The notes beneath the pieces are model-generated. The model was not told where the DNA came from and made no database searches. It saw only the letters and a list, made by a program, of their open reading frames with translations. From Acidimicrobiales bacterium (lineage in GTDB: Bacteria; Actinomycetota; Acidimicrobiia; Acidimicrobiales; VFJN01): 64,000 bases of DNA. The DNA lies in the NCBI GenBank assembly GCA_036275535.1, contig DASUDP010000012.1, forward strand, positions 24,314 through 88,313, given 5' to 3'. A program made the position numbers and the translations under genes. Shown piece after piece: positions 1 to 9,178 of this stretch (the first letter of the stretch is position 1; each line of letters begins with the position of its first letter).

Positions 1-515
1 TCCAGCTGGGTCTCGCCGGGGCCCCGGGTGCCGATGCGGGCGCCGCCCGCCGACATGCCGCCGGCCTGCTGCGACAGCGCCGTGCCCTTGCCCCGGATGC
101 GGGGCAGGCGGTACTTGAGCAGGGCCAGCTCGACCTGCGCCTTGCCCTCTTGGCTGTGGGCGTTCTGGGCGAAGATGTCGAGGATCACCGCGGTCCGGTC
201 GATGGCGGTGCGGCCGAGCAGCCTCTCGAGGTTGCGCTGTTGGGCGGGGGTCAGCTCGTTGTCGAACACCACGGTGTCGCAGTCGGTGGCGAGGGCCAGC
301 TCCTTCAGCTCCTCGGCCTTGCCCTTGCCGACGAAGGTCGGCGGGTCGGGGGCGCGGCGCTTCTGGACGATGCGAGCCACCTCGTCGGCCCCTGCAGTGT
401 CGACGAGCAGCGAGAGCTCGTCGAGGCTGGCTTCGGTCTCCTCGCTCGTCTCCGGGGGGAGGGTGACGCCGACGAGGACGATCTTCTCCCGGAAGGCGCG
501 TTCGATCAGGCTCAT
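1..515 (-). CDS. hflX: GTPase HflX, N-terminal part (3' end lies beyond the left edge)
   Basis: My own minus-strand translation from ATG at 513-515 gives MSLIERAFREKIVLVGV...ELTPAQQRNLERLLGRTAIDRTAVILDIFAQNAHSQEGKAQVELALLKYRLPRIRG. This is typical of the HflX N-terminal domain. The gene sits downstream of dapF as in other actinobacteria. Plus-strand ORF 28..1587 is its GC-rich mirror. Confidence 0.85.
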   Translation of the reverse strand, partial: MSLIERAFREKIVLVGVTLPPETSEETEASLDELSLLVDTAGADEVARIVQKRRAPDPPTFVGKGKAEELKELALATDCDTVVFDNELTPAQQRNLERLLGRTAIDRTAVILDIFAQNAHSQEGKAQVELALLKYRLPRIRGKGTALSQQAGGMSAGGARIGTRGPGETQL

Positions 516-528
516 GCGAGCGCCACCG

Positions 529-1326
529 TCACGGCCAGGGGACCTCGATGGCGGCCACCGACGCGGCGTCGCCGACGAGCAGCACCGGGTCGTCGAGCAC
601 GACCTCGACCGAGCCGCCCGGCATGTGGACGGTGGCGGCGTGGCCGGCCAGGTCCCAGGCGTGGGCGGCGGCCGCCGACGCGCAGGCGCCCGTGCCGCAG
701 GCCAGGGTGGGCCCGACACCCCGCTCGTAGACGACCATGTCGATGCCGCCGTCGGCCACGGACCGGATGATCTCGACGTTGGTGCCCCCGGGGGTGGCGC
801 TGTCGAAGCGGGCGCCGAGCTCGACGAGCTCGTCCCGGGGGGGCAGCTCGTCGCCGGCCCAGAGGAGCACGAGGTGCGGGTTGCCGAGGTCGACCCGCAC
901 GGCCCGGCGGATCTGGGGGCTCTCCCAGCCCGGCAGCTCCTCCCCCACCTTGGCCTGGCCCATCTCGACGCTGAGGCGCTGGGTGCGCTCGTCCACCTGC
1001 TCCACGACGGTGACGGTGCGGAGCCCGGCGCCGGTGGCCACCCGCACCACCGGGCCCTCGACGACGCCGGCCTGGAGGACGGCCTGGGCCAGGCAGCGGA
1101 TGCCGTTGCCGGACATCTCCCCCACCGACCCGTCGGCGTTGAGGAGCCGCATCGTGACATCGGCCTGGGCCGTGCCGGCGGTGACGTGGAGCAGCCCGTC
1201 GGCGCCCACGCCGGTATGCCGCTGGCACAGCGCGACGGCGTCGCTCGGCGAGACGTCGTAGGTGCCGTCGAGGTCGAGGAGCACGAGGAAGTCGTTGCCC
1301 AGGCCGTGGTGCTTCGTGAGGCGCAT
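529..1326 (-). CDS. dapF: diaminopimelate epimerase
   Basis: 265-aa ORF. N-terminus MRLTKHHGLGNDFLVLLD plus the paired Cys-containing motifs GNGIRC and ACGTGACA are characteristic of DapF. Confidence 0.95.
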   Translation of the reverse strand: MRLTKHHGLGNDFLVLLDLDGTYDVSPSDAVALCQRHTGVGADGLLHVTAGTAQADVTMRLLNADGSVGEMSGNGIRCLAQAVLQAGVVEGPVVRVATGAGLRTVTVVEQVDERTQRLSVEMGQAKVGEELPGWESPQIRRAVRVDLGNPHLVLLWAGDELPPRDELVELGARFDSATPGGTNVEIIRSVADGGIDMVVYERGVGPTLACGTGACASAAAAHAWDLAGHAATVHMPGGSVEVVLDDPVLLVGDAASVAAIEVPWP

Positions 1327-1394
1327 CTGGGGTCAGCCTACGGGGTGGTCCCCTCGCCCCCCGCCCGATTCCGTGGGCGCGGGAGCGGGCGGCC

Positions 1395-2300
1395 TCAGCC
1401 GAGCTGGTGGAGGAGCTCGTCGACGAGGTCGTCGGCGGGGTCCGCCGCGTCGAGCCAGGTGATGCGGCCGTCCCGACGGAACCAGGCCCGCTGGCGCCGG
1501 GCGAAGCGGCGGGTGCGCCGGATGGCGAGGTCGACCGCCTCCTCGAGGCTCGACCGCCCTTCGAGGTGCTCGATGAGCTCCTTGTAGCCGAGGGCCTGGG
1601 CGGCGGTGCGGGACAGGCCCCGGGGGTGTGCCACCAGCGCCTCCACCTCGGCCAGGAGCCCAGCCTCCATCTGGTCGAGGTACCGGGCCTCGATGCGCTG
1701 GGCCAGCCGGCCCGGCTCGACGGCCAGGCCGACGAGGGTGAACGCCGTCGGCGGGTGGGCGTGCACGCCGGGACCGAAGCTCGAGAAGGGCCGGCCGCTC
1801 CCCACGGTGACCTCGAGGGCCCGCAGGAGTCGGCGCCGGTTGCCGGGCTCGATCCGGGTGGCGGCCAGAGGGTCGAGCGCCCGGAGGCGGGCCAGGAGGG
1901 CGGCCGTGTCCTCCTCGGCCTCTAGCTCGGCTCGGACTGCGGGGTACTGGCCGGGGATCTCGAGGTCGTCGACCACGGCCTGGAGGTACAGCCCCGTGCC
2001 GCCCACGAGCAGGGCCCGGCGGTCGCGGGCCTCGATGTCGGCGATGGCCGCCCGGGCCGCCTGCTGGAACCAGGCCACCGTGCTGTCGTCCCAGGGGTCG
2101 AGGACATCGATCAGGTGGTGGGGCACCTCGGCCTGCTCGGCCGGGGTGGGCTTGGCCGTGCCGATGTCCATGCCCCGGTAGACCTGCATCGAGTCGACCG
2201 ACACCAGCTCCCAGGCCGGATCGCGCCGGGCCAGGGCGAGGGCCAGGGCCGACTTGCCGCTGGCGGTGGCGCCGACGAGGGCGCCGTGGCGGGCGCTCAC
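1395..2300 (-). CDS. miaA: tRNA dimethylallyltransferase
   Basis: ORF 1395..2420 trimmed to GTG at 2298-2300 (VSARHGALVGATASGKSALALALA, P-loop N-terminus). The GTG overlaps the TGA of the upstream GNAT gene (GTGA). Confidence 0.92.
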   Translation of the reverse strand: MSARHGALVGATASGKSALALALARRDPAWELVSVDSMQVYRGMDIGTAKPTPAEQAEVPHHLIDVLDPWDDSTVAWFQQAARAAIADIEARDRRALLVGGTGLYLQAVVDDLEIPGQYPAVRAELEAEEDTAALLARLRALDPLAATRIEPGNRRRLLRALEVTVGSGRPFSSFGPGVHAHPPTAFTLVGLAVEPGRLAQRIEARYLDQMEAGLLAEVEALVAHPRGLSRTAAQALGYKELIEHLEGRSSLEEAVDLAIRRTRRFARRQRAWFRRDGRITWLDAADPADDLVDELLHQLG

Positions 2301-2851
2301 GAGTGGTGGGAGGGGCCGGGATGGTCCGGCGTCGCCCCGTTGGCGCCCACGAGCACCTTGGCGAAGCAGACCGAGTCGGGCGCGTCCTTGTAGCGGCCGT
2401 AGTTGGGGATGCGGTGCCAACCCGCCGACTCGTAGAGGGCGATGGCCTCGGGCTGGGCGGTGCCGGTCTCGAGCTGGAGGCTCTCGTAGCCGAGGCCCTC
2501 CGCTCGGGCCTCAAGGGCCTGGAGCACGGCCCGGCTGACCCCGCGGCGACGAGCGGCCGGAGCCGTGTACATCCGCTTGACCTCACCGACGCGCCGCTCC
2601 TGGTCGAGCGGCTTGACGGCCCCGCAGCCCGCCGGCTCCTCGCCCATCCACGCCACGAGCAACGTGCCGAGGGGGGCGCGGACCAGCTCGGGGGTGATCT
2701 CGGCCAGGTAGTCGGCGTCGTCGGCCGCCTGCTCCTCCTCGGTCATGTCGACCATGGCGTAGGCGTAGCGCTCGTTGATCTCGGCGTGGAGGGCGGCCAC
2801 CAGCTCGACGGCCACGGGGTCGTCGTAGGCGTGCTCGCGCAGGGTGATCAC
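2297..2851 (-). CDS. GNAT-family N-acetyltransferase
   Basis: 184-aa ORF with an acetyl-CoA-binding-type motif (RRRGVSRAVLQALEARAEGLGY). GTG start overlaps the miaB stop (GTGA). Confidence 0.85.
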   Translation of the reverse strand: MITLREHAYDDPVAVELVAALHAEINERYAYAMVDMTEEEQAADDADYLAEITPELVRAPLGTLLVAWMGEEPAGCGAVKPLDQERRVGEVKRMYTAPAARRRGVSRAVLQALEARAEGLGYESLQLETGTAQPEAIALYESAGWHRIPNYGRYKDAPDSVCFAKVLVGANGATPDHPGPSHHS

Positions 2852-4272
2852 CCGACGAGCAGCGGTAGCCGGGTCTTGTGTACGGCGGGGAGGGTGACCT
2901 CGAGGAGCTCGCCCCGGAGGTGGTGGGGAGCCGCCCCGGTGACCTGCACCATCGCGTAGCTGCCGGCCTTGATGGGCGACGGGGCGGCGAAGTGCAGGAG
3001 CTTGTTCTGGCGGGTGCGGCCGGTCAGCACACCGGGGTCCTTGCGGGAGGGGCCCTCCACGAGGACCTCTTCGTGGCGGCCGATCCGGGCCTCGTGGTGC
3101 GCCAGCCCGGAGCGGTCGAGCACGCCGCGCAGGCGCTCGAAGCGGTCGGCCACCACCTCCTTGGGCACGAACTCGTCCACCCGCTCAGCCGCCTCGGTCC
3201 CGGGCCGGGGGCTGTAGATGAACGTGTAGGCGCTGTCGTAGCCGGCCGCGGCCACGACCTCGAGCGTGGCGTCGAAGTCCGCCTCGGTCTCGCCAGGGAA
3301 GCCGACGATGAGGTCCGTCGTCACCGCCAGGTCGGGGATCGCCGCCCGCGTCGCGGCGAGGCGCTCGAGGTAGCGCTCGGCCGTGTAGCCGCGGTGCATG
3401 GCGGCCAGCACGCGGTCGCTGCCCGACTGCAGCGGCAGGTGCAGGTGCTCGCACACCTCGGGGGTCTCGGCCATGGCGGCGATGGTCTCGGTGCGCAGGT
3501 CCTTGGGGTGGGGGCTCGTATACCGCACCCGCCGGATGCCCTCCACTGCACCGACGGCGCGGAGGAGCTCGGCGAAGGCGGGGCGCACCCGGACGTCCTC
3601 GCCGGCTTGGCGGGCGGCCAGCGCGAGGTCCCGGCCATAGCTGTTCACGTTCTGGCCGAGCAGGGTGACCTCGGTGACGCCGTCGGCCGCGGCCACCTCC
3701 ACCTCCCGCACGATGTCGGCGAAGGGCCGGCTGATCTCCTTGCCCCGTACCGCGGGCACGATGCAGAAGGCGCAGGAGTTGTCGCAGCCGATCTGGATGG
3801 TGACCCACCCGGCCCACGGCACCTCGCGGCGCACGGGGAGGGCGGACGGGAAGGTCTCGTGGTCCTCGGCCACCGTCTCCTCGAGGATCTCCACCACCGA
3901 GCGGCCGGTCTCGGAAGCCTCGTGGAGCAGCGCCACCGCCCGGTGGACGTTGTGCGTCCCGAAGACGACGTCGACGTGGCCGGCCCGCTCCACCACCGTG
4001 TCGCGGTCCTTCTGGGCGAGACAGCCGCCCACCATGATCTGCAGGCCCGGCTTGTGGTCCTTGAGCGACTTGAGGTGGCCGAGGGTGCCGTAGAGCTTGT
4101 TGTCGGCGTTCTCGCGGATGCAGCAAGTGTTGAGCACGACGACGTCGGCGTCCTCCGCGCCCTCGGCCGCCACCATCCCGTCGGCCTCCAGCAGCCCGGC
4201 GATGCGCTCCGAGTCGTGCTCGTTCATCTGGCACCCGAAGGTGCGCACCAAGAAGCGGCGGGGCTCGGTCAC
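2848..4272 (-). CDS. miaB: tRNA-2-methylthio-N6-dimethylallyladenosine synthase (radical SAM methylthiotransferase)
   Basis: 474 aa. N-terminal FLVRTFGCQMNEHDSERI, radical-SAM CDNSCAFCIVP, C-terminal TRAM-like region. Confidence 0.95.
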   Translation of the reverse strand: MTEPRRFLVRTFGCQMNEHDSERIAGLLEADGMVAAEGAEDADVVVLNTCCIRENADNKLYGTLGHLKSLKDHKPGLQIMVGGCLAQKDRDTVVERAGHVDVVFGTHNVHRAVALLHEASETGRSVVEILEETVAEDHETFPSALPVRREVPWAGWVTIQIGCDNSCAFCIVPAVRGKEISRPFADIVREVEVAAADGVTEVTLLGQNVNSYGRDLALAARQAGEDVRVRPAFAELLRAVGAVEGIRRVRYTSPHPKDLRTETIAAMAETPEVCEHLHLPLQSGSDRVLAAMHRGYTAERYLERLAATRAAIPDLAVTTDLIVGFPGETEADFDATLEVVAAAGYDSAYTFIYSPRPGTEAAERVDEFVPKEVVADRFERLRGVLDRSGLAHHEARIGRHEEVLVEGPSRKDPGVLTGRTRQNKLLHFAAPSPIKAGSYAMVQVTGAAPHHLRGELLEVTLPAVHKTRLPLLVG

Positions 4273-4300
4273 CGTCCCAGGCTACGAGGCCGGGGGCGGG

Positions 4301-4675
4301 TCAGTTCAACCGGTGGCCGTTGGTGGTGGGAGCCGGCTGCTGGCGGACGAGCTCGTCGAGACCGTGGGTGAGATCGACCTCGGTGACCGGGATCGGCGCA
4401 TCGACCGGGCGGCGCTCGCGGTCCTCGATGACGAGGCGGATGGCGGTGCGACGCTCACCATCGATCTCGATGTCGGCGAAGCTGGGGACGCACACGAGGT
4501 CGATGCCGCTGGCCGCCACGTAGCCACGGGCGATGGCCATGGCCTTGATGGCCTGGTTGAGGGCGCCGGCCCCCACGACCTGGACCTCGACGGACCCGAC
4601 CTGGCGCAGCACGCCCGCCATCGCCCCCGCCACGGAGTTCGGGTTCGACCGCGTCGAGACCTTGAGCTGCTCCAT
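4301..4675 (-). CDS. SpoVS-family protein with about 38-aa C-terminal extension
   Basis: ORF 4301..4801 trimmed to ATG 4673-4675. [84 protein letters not shown] is nearly colinear with Bacillus SpoVS as I remember it (MEILKVSAKSSPNSVAGALAGV...). Confidence 0.85.
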   Translation of the reverse strand: MEQLKVSTRSNPNSVAGAMAGVLRQVGSVEVQVVGAGALNQAIKAMAIARGYVAASGIDLVCVPSFADIEIDGERRTAIRLVIEDRERRPVDAPIPVTEVDLTHGLDELVRQQPAPTTNGHRLN

Positions 4676-4748
4676 CGACCAGAGGTTCGACGGGCGGGAG
4701 AGCCATCCCTCCCGCCCGGTCCTTCCGATTTCGCCCGATTCGCGGCGT

Positions 4749-5822
4749 TCAGTCGCCGAGGGTGATGGGCAGGTCGTCGGGGTCGAGCTCGCCGTTGGCA
4801 TCGACGGCCGGGATCTGCTCCTCCTGCTCGCCGAGGCCCATCTTCTGGCGGATGCGCTCGGAGATCTCGATCATCACCTCGGGGTTCTCGAAGAGGAACT
4901 GCTTGGCGTTCTCCCGCCCCTGGCCCAGCTGCTCGCCCTCGTAGGTGTACCAGGCGCCGGACTTCTTCACGATCTCCTGCTCGACGCCGATGTCGAGGAC
5001 GCCGCCCTCGCGGCTCACGCCCTTGCCGTACATGATGTCGAACTCGGCCTGCCGGAAGGGCGGGGCCACCTTGTTCTTCACGACCTTGACCCGGGTGCGG
5101 TTGCCGACCACCTCGACGCCGTCCTTGATGGACTCGATGCGCCGGATGTCGAGCCGGACCGAGCTGTAGAACTTGAGGGCCCGGCCGCCCGGGGTGGTCT
5201 CCGGTGAGCCGAACATCACGCCGATCTTCTCCCGCAGCTGGTTGATGAAGATGCAGATCGTGTGCGTCTTGTTCAGGTTGGCAGTGAGCTTGCGCAGCGC
5301 CTGGGACATGAGCCGGGCCTGGAGGCCGACGTGGCTGTCGCCCATGTCGCCTTCGATCTCGGCCCGGGGGGTGAGGGCGGCGACCGAGTCGATCACGACG
5401 ACGTCGATGGCGCCGGAGCGCACGAGCATGTCGGTGATCTCGAGGGCCTGCTCCCCCGTGTCGGGCTGGGAGATGAGCAGCTCGTCGACATCGACCCCGA
5501 TGGCCCGGGCGTAGATCGGGTCCATGGCGTGCTCGGCATCGACGTAGGCGCAGATGCCGCCCATGCGCTGCGCCTCGGCCACCACGTGCATGGCGAGGGT
5601 GGACTTGCCCGAGGACTCCGGGCCGTAGATCTCCGTGACCCGCCCCCGGGGAAGACCGCCGACGCCGAGGGCGAGGTCGAGCGCCAGGGCGCCCGTGGGC
5701 ACCGTCTCGATCGACATCGAGCCCTTCTCGCCCATCTTCATGACGGCGCCCTTGCCGTGCGCCTTCTCGATGCCGGCCAGAGCCAGATCGAGCGCCTTCA
5801 GCCGGTCCTTGTCTCGTTCCAC
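4749..5822 (-). CDS. recA: recombinase RecA (no intein)
   Basis: ORF 4749..6182 trimmed to GTG 5820-5822 ([32 protein letters not shown]...). Walker [12 protein letters not shown]. 357 aa, a normal RecA length. Confidence 0.97.
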   Translation of the reverse strand: MERDKDRLKALDLALAGIEKAHGKGAVMKMGEKGSMSIETVPTGALALDLALGVGGLPRGRVTEIYGPESSGKSTLAMHVVAEAQRMGGICAYVDAEHAMDPIYARAIGVDVDELLISQPDTGEQALEITDMLVRSGAIDVVVIDSVAALTPRAEIEGDMGDSHVGLQARLMSQALRKLTANLNKTHTICIFINQLREKIGVMFGSPETTPGGRALKFYSSVRLDIRRIESIKDGVEVVGNRTRVKVVKNKVAPPFRQAEFDIMYGKGVSREGGVLDIGVEQEIVKKSGAWYTYEGEQLGQGRENAKQFLFENPEVMIEISERIRQKMGLGEQEEQIPAVDANGELDPDDLPITLGD

Positions 5823-5967
5823 AGGGTCTCCTTGGTGCTTGGCCCGGACCTTGCCGGGGCCCGCCACGGCGGCGGGGGCGTGCTCTGGGGGAATGACGTC
5901 GACCCTACGAACGGGGTGTGACAGCGCCGGCGGGAGGGCCGGCTGAGCCAACTGGGCGAACGACACG

Positions 5968-5996
5968 ACTGTAGTTACGAACAATAGTTCGATCAA
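5968..5996 (-). promoter_or_regulatory. sigma-70-type recA promoter: TTGATC - 17 nt - TACAGT
   Basis: Minus strand reads TTGATCgaactattgttcgtaacTACAGT. The -35 is at 5991-5996, the -10 at 5968-5973, with an exact 17-nt spacer. It lies about 150 nt upstream of the recA GTG in a locally AT-richer patch. Confidence 0.6.
5977..5992 (-). promoter_or_regulatory. LexA (SOS) box, CGAAC-N4-GTTCG type
   Basis: Plus strand aCGAACaataGTTCGa. This matches the actinobacterial/Gram-positive SOS-box core (TCGAAC-N4-GTTCGA) with one outer mismatch. It lies inside the promoter spacer upstream of recA. Confidence 0.7.
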
Positions 5997-6046
5997 GGAC
6001 CCTCGGGCGGCCCAAAGGGAGCTGGTACCGACCGGATCCGGCGGGA

Positions 6047-7285
6047 TCAGCCCTGGCGGGTGAGGTGCCGCCGGAGGCGGTCGAGCAGCGAGATCACCGC
6101 CATCTGGCGGATGCGGTCCCGGTCGCCAGGGAGGCGCAGCTGCACGGCGTCGACGACGTCGCCGAGGGCCATCCCCAGCCACACCGTGCCGACGGGCTGG
6201 CCCTCCTGCTCGGTCGGGCCCGCCACACCGGTCGTGGCCAGCCCCACGTCCGCGCCGAGGCGTCGCCGGACGCCGTCGGCCATGGCCATGGCCGCCGCCT
6301 CGCTGACCACCGGGCCCTCGGGGACGCCGAGCAGGTCGCGCTTCACCTCGCCGGCGTAGGCCACCACCGCGCCCCGGAACCAGCCGCTGGCGCCGGCCAC
6401 GGCCACGAGGCGGGACGCCACGAGGCCGCCGGTGAGCGACTCGGCCACCGCCAGGGTGAGGCCCCGCTCCTCCAGCTGGCGCCCCACGACGGCCTCCATC
6501 GGCTCGTCGTCGCCCGAGAAGACGAGGTCGCCGAGGACGGCCCGCACCTCGGCCTCCTCCGCGTCGAGCAGCTCGGCCGCCTCGCTGGCCGTCGCGGCGC
6601 GGGCCGTGAGCCGCACCTTCAACCCCTCGATGCCGCTGGCCAGGAAGGCCAGGGTGGGGTTCCCGGTGGCGTCGAGGGCCTCGACGCGGGGGGCCAGCAG
6701 CTCGGCCAGGCGGGACTCGCTCTCGCCCCAGGTCCGCAGCGTGCGGCTGACGTAGACGGCCCGGACGCCGGCCCGGGCCTCGAGATCCGGCAGGACCGCC
6801 CGCTCGAGCATCTCGCGCATCTCGTAGGGCACCCCGGGGACGGCGTACACGACCCGCTCCCCCACCGGGCAGATGAGCCCCGGGGCGGTGCCGGTGCGCT
6901 GCTCGATGGGCGTGGCTCCCTCGGGCAGGTCGGCCTGGCGCAGGTTGCTGTCCGGCATCGACCGGCCCCGCCGCTCGAACACCTCGCGCATGGCGCCGAT
7001 GAGGGACTCGTCGCGCCCCAGCGGCACGCCCATCACCTCGGCGATGGCCTCGCGCGTGATGTCGTCCTGCGTGGGCCCGAGCCCGCCGCAGACGATGACG
7101 GCCTCAGCCCGCTCCAAGGACTCGCGCAGCACCGCCACGATGCGGTCGTGGTTGTCCCCCACGACGGTCTGGCGGAGGTGGTCGATGCCCCGCAGCGCCA
7201 GCTGCTCGCCGATCCAGGCGGCGTTGCTGTTCACGATCTGCCCCAGGAGGAGCTCGGTCCCGACGGCCACCACCTCGCAGCGCAC
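6047..7285 (-). CDS. cinA: CinA-family protein (MoCF-binding domain plus nicotinamide-nucleotide amidase domain)
   Basis: ORF 6047..8593 trimmed to GTG 7283-7285. [29 protein letters not shown]... and the C-terminal [13 protein letters not shown] motif are typical of CinA. Confidence 0.9.
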   Translation of the reverse strand: MRCEVVAVGTELLLGQIVNSNAAWIGEQLALRGIDHLRQTVVGDNHDRIVAVLRESLERAEAVIVCGGLGPTQDDITREAIAEVMGVPLGRDESLIGAMREVFERRGRSMPDSNLRQADLPEGATPIEQRTGTAPGLICPVGERVVYAVPGVPYEMREMLERAVLPDLEARAGVRAVYVSRTLRTWGESESRLAELLAPRVEALDATGNPTLAFLASGIEGLKVRLTARAATASEAAELLDAEEAEVRAVLGDLVFSGDDEPMEAVVGRQLEERGLTLAVAESLTGGLVASRLVAVAGASGWFRGAVVAYAGEVKRDLLGVPEGPVVSEAAAMAMADGVRRRLGADVGLATTGVAGPTEQEGQPVGTVWLGMALGDVVDAVQLRLPGDRDRIRQMAVISLLDRLRRHLTRQG

Positions 7286-7290
7286 GATGC

Positions 7291-7854
7291 CTACCGGTTG
7301 CCGAGGGTGGTCGCCAGGCGGCTGCCAGCCAGGACGTACTGCACGCCGCTCACGACGGTGAGGGCCACCGCGACCCAGAGGAGGCTCTGGACGAACCAGG
7401 TGGCGTCGGTCTCGGTGAGCGGCAGGAGGGCGAAGCCGACGGCCAGCTCCTGGGCGATGGTCTTGGCCTTGGCCAGGTGGGTGGCGGGGATGGCGAGGCC
7501 CCGCTTGCCCCAGTAGGAACGCAGCGCCTGGATCCCGAGCTCGCGCACGGCGATGATGGCCACCGGGGGCCACGGGAGGGCGTCGGTGGCGACGAGGGCG
7601 GCCATCGCCCCCAGCACGAGGACCTTGTCGGCCAGCGGGTCGAGGAAGGCCCCCGAGCGGGTGGTGCCGTGCCGGCGAGCCAGGTGGCCGTCGATGCCGT
7701 CGGTCACGCAGAGGGCGATCCAGAGCGCCACGGCGGGCCAGCTGGCGCCCTCGTCGAGGACCATGGCCAGCAGCGGCAGCGTGAGCACGAGGCGAGCCAC
7801 CGTGAGCAGGTTGGCCGGAGTGGCGAGGGCCGACGGCCCGAACTGGGTGGTCAC
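7291..7854 (-). CDS. pgsA: CDP-diacylglycerol--glycerol-3-phosphate 3-phosphatidyltransferase
   Basis: ORF 7291..8982 trimmed to GTG at 7852-7854. CDP-alcohol phosphatidyltransferase motif DGIDGHLARRHGTTRSGAFLDPLADK. The GTG overlaps the rimO stop. Confidence 0.9.
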   Translation of the reverse strand: MTTQFGPSALATPANLLTVARLVLTLPLLAMVLDEGASWPAVALWIALCVTDGIDGHLARRHGTTRSGAFLDPLADKVLVLGAMAALVATDALPWPPVAIIAVRELGIQALRSYWGKRGLAIPATHLAKAKTIAQELAVGFALLPLTETDATWFVQSLLWVAVALTVVSGVQYVLAGSRLATTLGNR

Positions 7855-9128
7855 CGGGCCAGGGCCCCGACGGGCTCGGCGTAGGAGTCGGGTCCCTCCG
7901 CCCCGGTGATGCGCACGGGGACGATGGCGCCGACCTCGAGCGCCTCGGGCACCGTGATGATGCCGTCGATCTCGGGCGCCTCCCGGTGGCTGCGAGCGAC
8001 GCCCGGCGCGTCGACGAGCACGTCGACGACCTCGCCCACGAGGGCGTCGCGTCGCGCCGCGGTGATGCCGTCCTGCAGCTCCTGGAGCTCGGCCAGGCGC
8101 TCCTGCACCAGCGGGCGGGGCACCACGCCGTCGAGGCCCGCGGCGTAGGTCCCCTGCTCGGGCGAGTAGGCGAAGAACCCGCACCAGTCGACCTGGGCCT
8201 CCTCGACGAAGGCGAGCAGCTGGTCGTGGTCCTCCTCGGTCTCGCCGGGGTAGCCGACGATGAAGTTCGACCGGAACGCCGCCTCGGAGGCCACCGCCCG
8301 GATGGCGGCGATGCGCTCGAGGAACCGGGCCCCCTCGCCCCAGCGGCGCATCCGGCGCACGAGGGACGCCGAGACGTGCTGGAGCGACAGGTCGAAGTAG
8401 GGCACGCCGGTGGCCACGATGACCTCGACGAGCCGGTCGGTGAGGCCCGAGGGGTAGAGGTAGAGCAGGCGCACCCGGTCGACCCGCTGCGCCACGGCCT
8501 CCACCAGGGGGACGATGTCCTTCGTGCCCTGGCCCTGGTCGCGCCCGTAGCTGGCGAGGTCCTGGGCGACGAGGACGACCTCGCGCACGCCACCGGCGGC
8601 GAGGCCGTCGACCTCGGTGAGGACCTGCTCGATCGAGCGGGACCGTTGGGGGCCCCGGAAGCTGGGGATGGCGCAGAACCCGCAGGCCTTGTCGCAGCCC
8701 TCGGCCACCTTCACGTAGGCCCACGGCGCGGCGGTCGCCGGGCGGGGCAGGTTGAGCAGGTCGAAGGCGGGCACCGCCTCGGAACCGGGCTTGCGGCCGA
8801 GGGTCACGGGCACGCCGAAGCCCGCCACCGCGCTGGCCTCGGGCAGGGCCTCGGCCAGCTCGTCGCCGTAGCGCTCGGCCATGCAGCCGGTGACGACGAG
8901 CTCGGCGCCCGCCCCCTTGCGCTCGGCCAGGCCGAGGACGACGTCGATCGACTCCTGCCGGGCCTCGTCGATGAAGGCGCACGTGTTGACGACGACGAGG
9001 TCGGCCGACTCGGGGTTGAGCGAGGGCTGCAGGCCGTCGGCCAGCAGCGTCCCGACGAGCTTGTCCGAATCGACCTGGTTCTTCGGGCAGCCGAGGGTCT
9101 CGATGTAGAAGGTGCGGGCCCCGGCCAT
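7851..9128 (-). CDS. rimO: ribosomal protein S12 methylthiotransferase
   Basis: ORF 7851..10268 trimmed to ATG 9126-9128. MAGARTFYIETLGCPKNQVDSD, radical-SAM CDKACGFCAIP, C-terminal TRAM-like region. Confidence 0.93.
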   Translation of the reverse strand: MAGARTFYIETLGCPKNQVDSDKLVGTLLADGLQPSLNPESADLVVVNTCAFIDEARQESIDVVLGLAERKGAGAELVVTGCMAERYGDELAEALPEASAVAGFGVPVTLGRKPGSEAVPAFDLLNLPRPATAAPWAYVKVAEGCDKACGFCAIPSFRGPQRSRSIEQVLTEVDGLAAGGVREVVLVAQDLASYGRDQGQGTKDIVPLVEAVAQRVDRVRLLYLYPSGLTDRLVEVIVATGVPYFDLSLQHVSASLVRRMRRWGEGARFLERIAAIRAVASEAAFRSNFIVGYPGETEEDHDQLLAFVEEAQVDWCGFFAYSPEQGTYAAGLDGVVPRPLVQERLAELQELQDGITAARRDALVGEVVDVLVDAPGVARSHREAPEIDGIITVPEALEVGAIVPVRITGAEGPDSYAEPVGALAR

Positions 9129-9178
9129 GGCGGCCCAGGCTACCTGGGGCCCCTCACGGCACCCGCACCGGCGCTGCC

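Noticed and set aside
4301-4675. SpoVS homolog plus a WhiG/FliA-type sigma factor (56810..57589) as evidence that the organism sporulates or is flagellated.
   Set aside because: Both families occur in non-sporulating and non-motile lineages. No other sporulation, flagellar or chemotaxis genes are in the window, so the inference is unsupported from this sequence.
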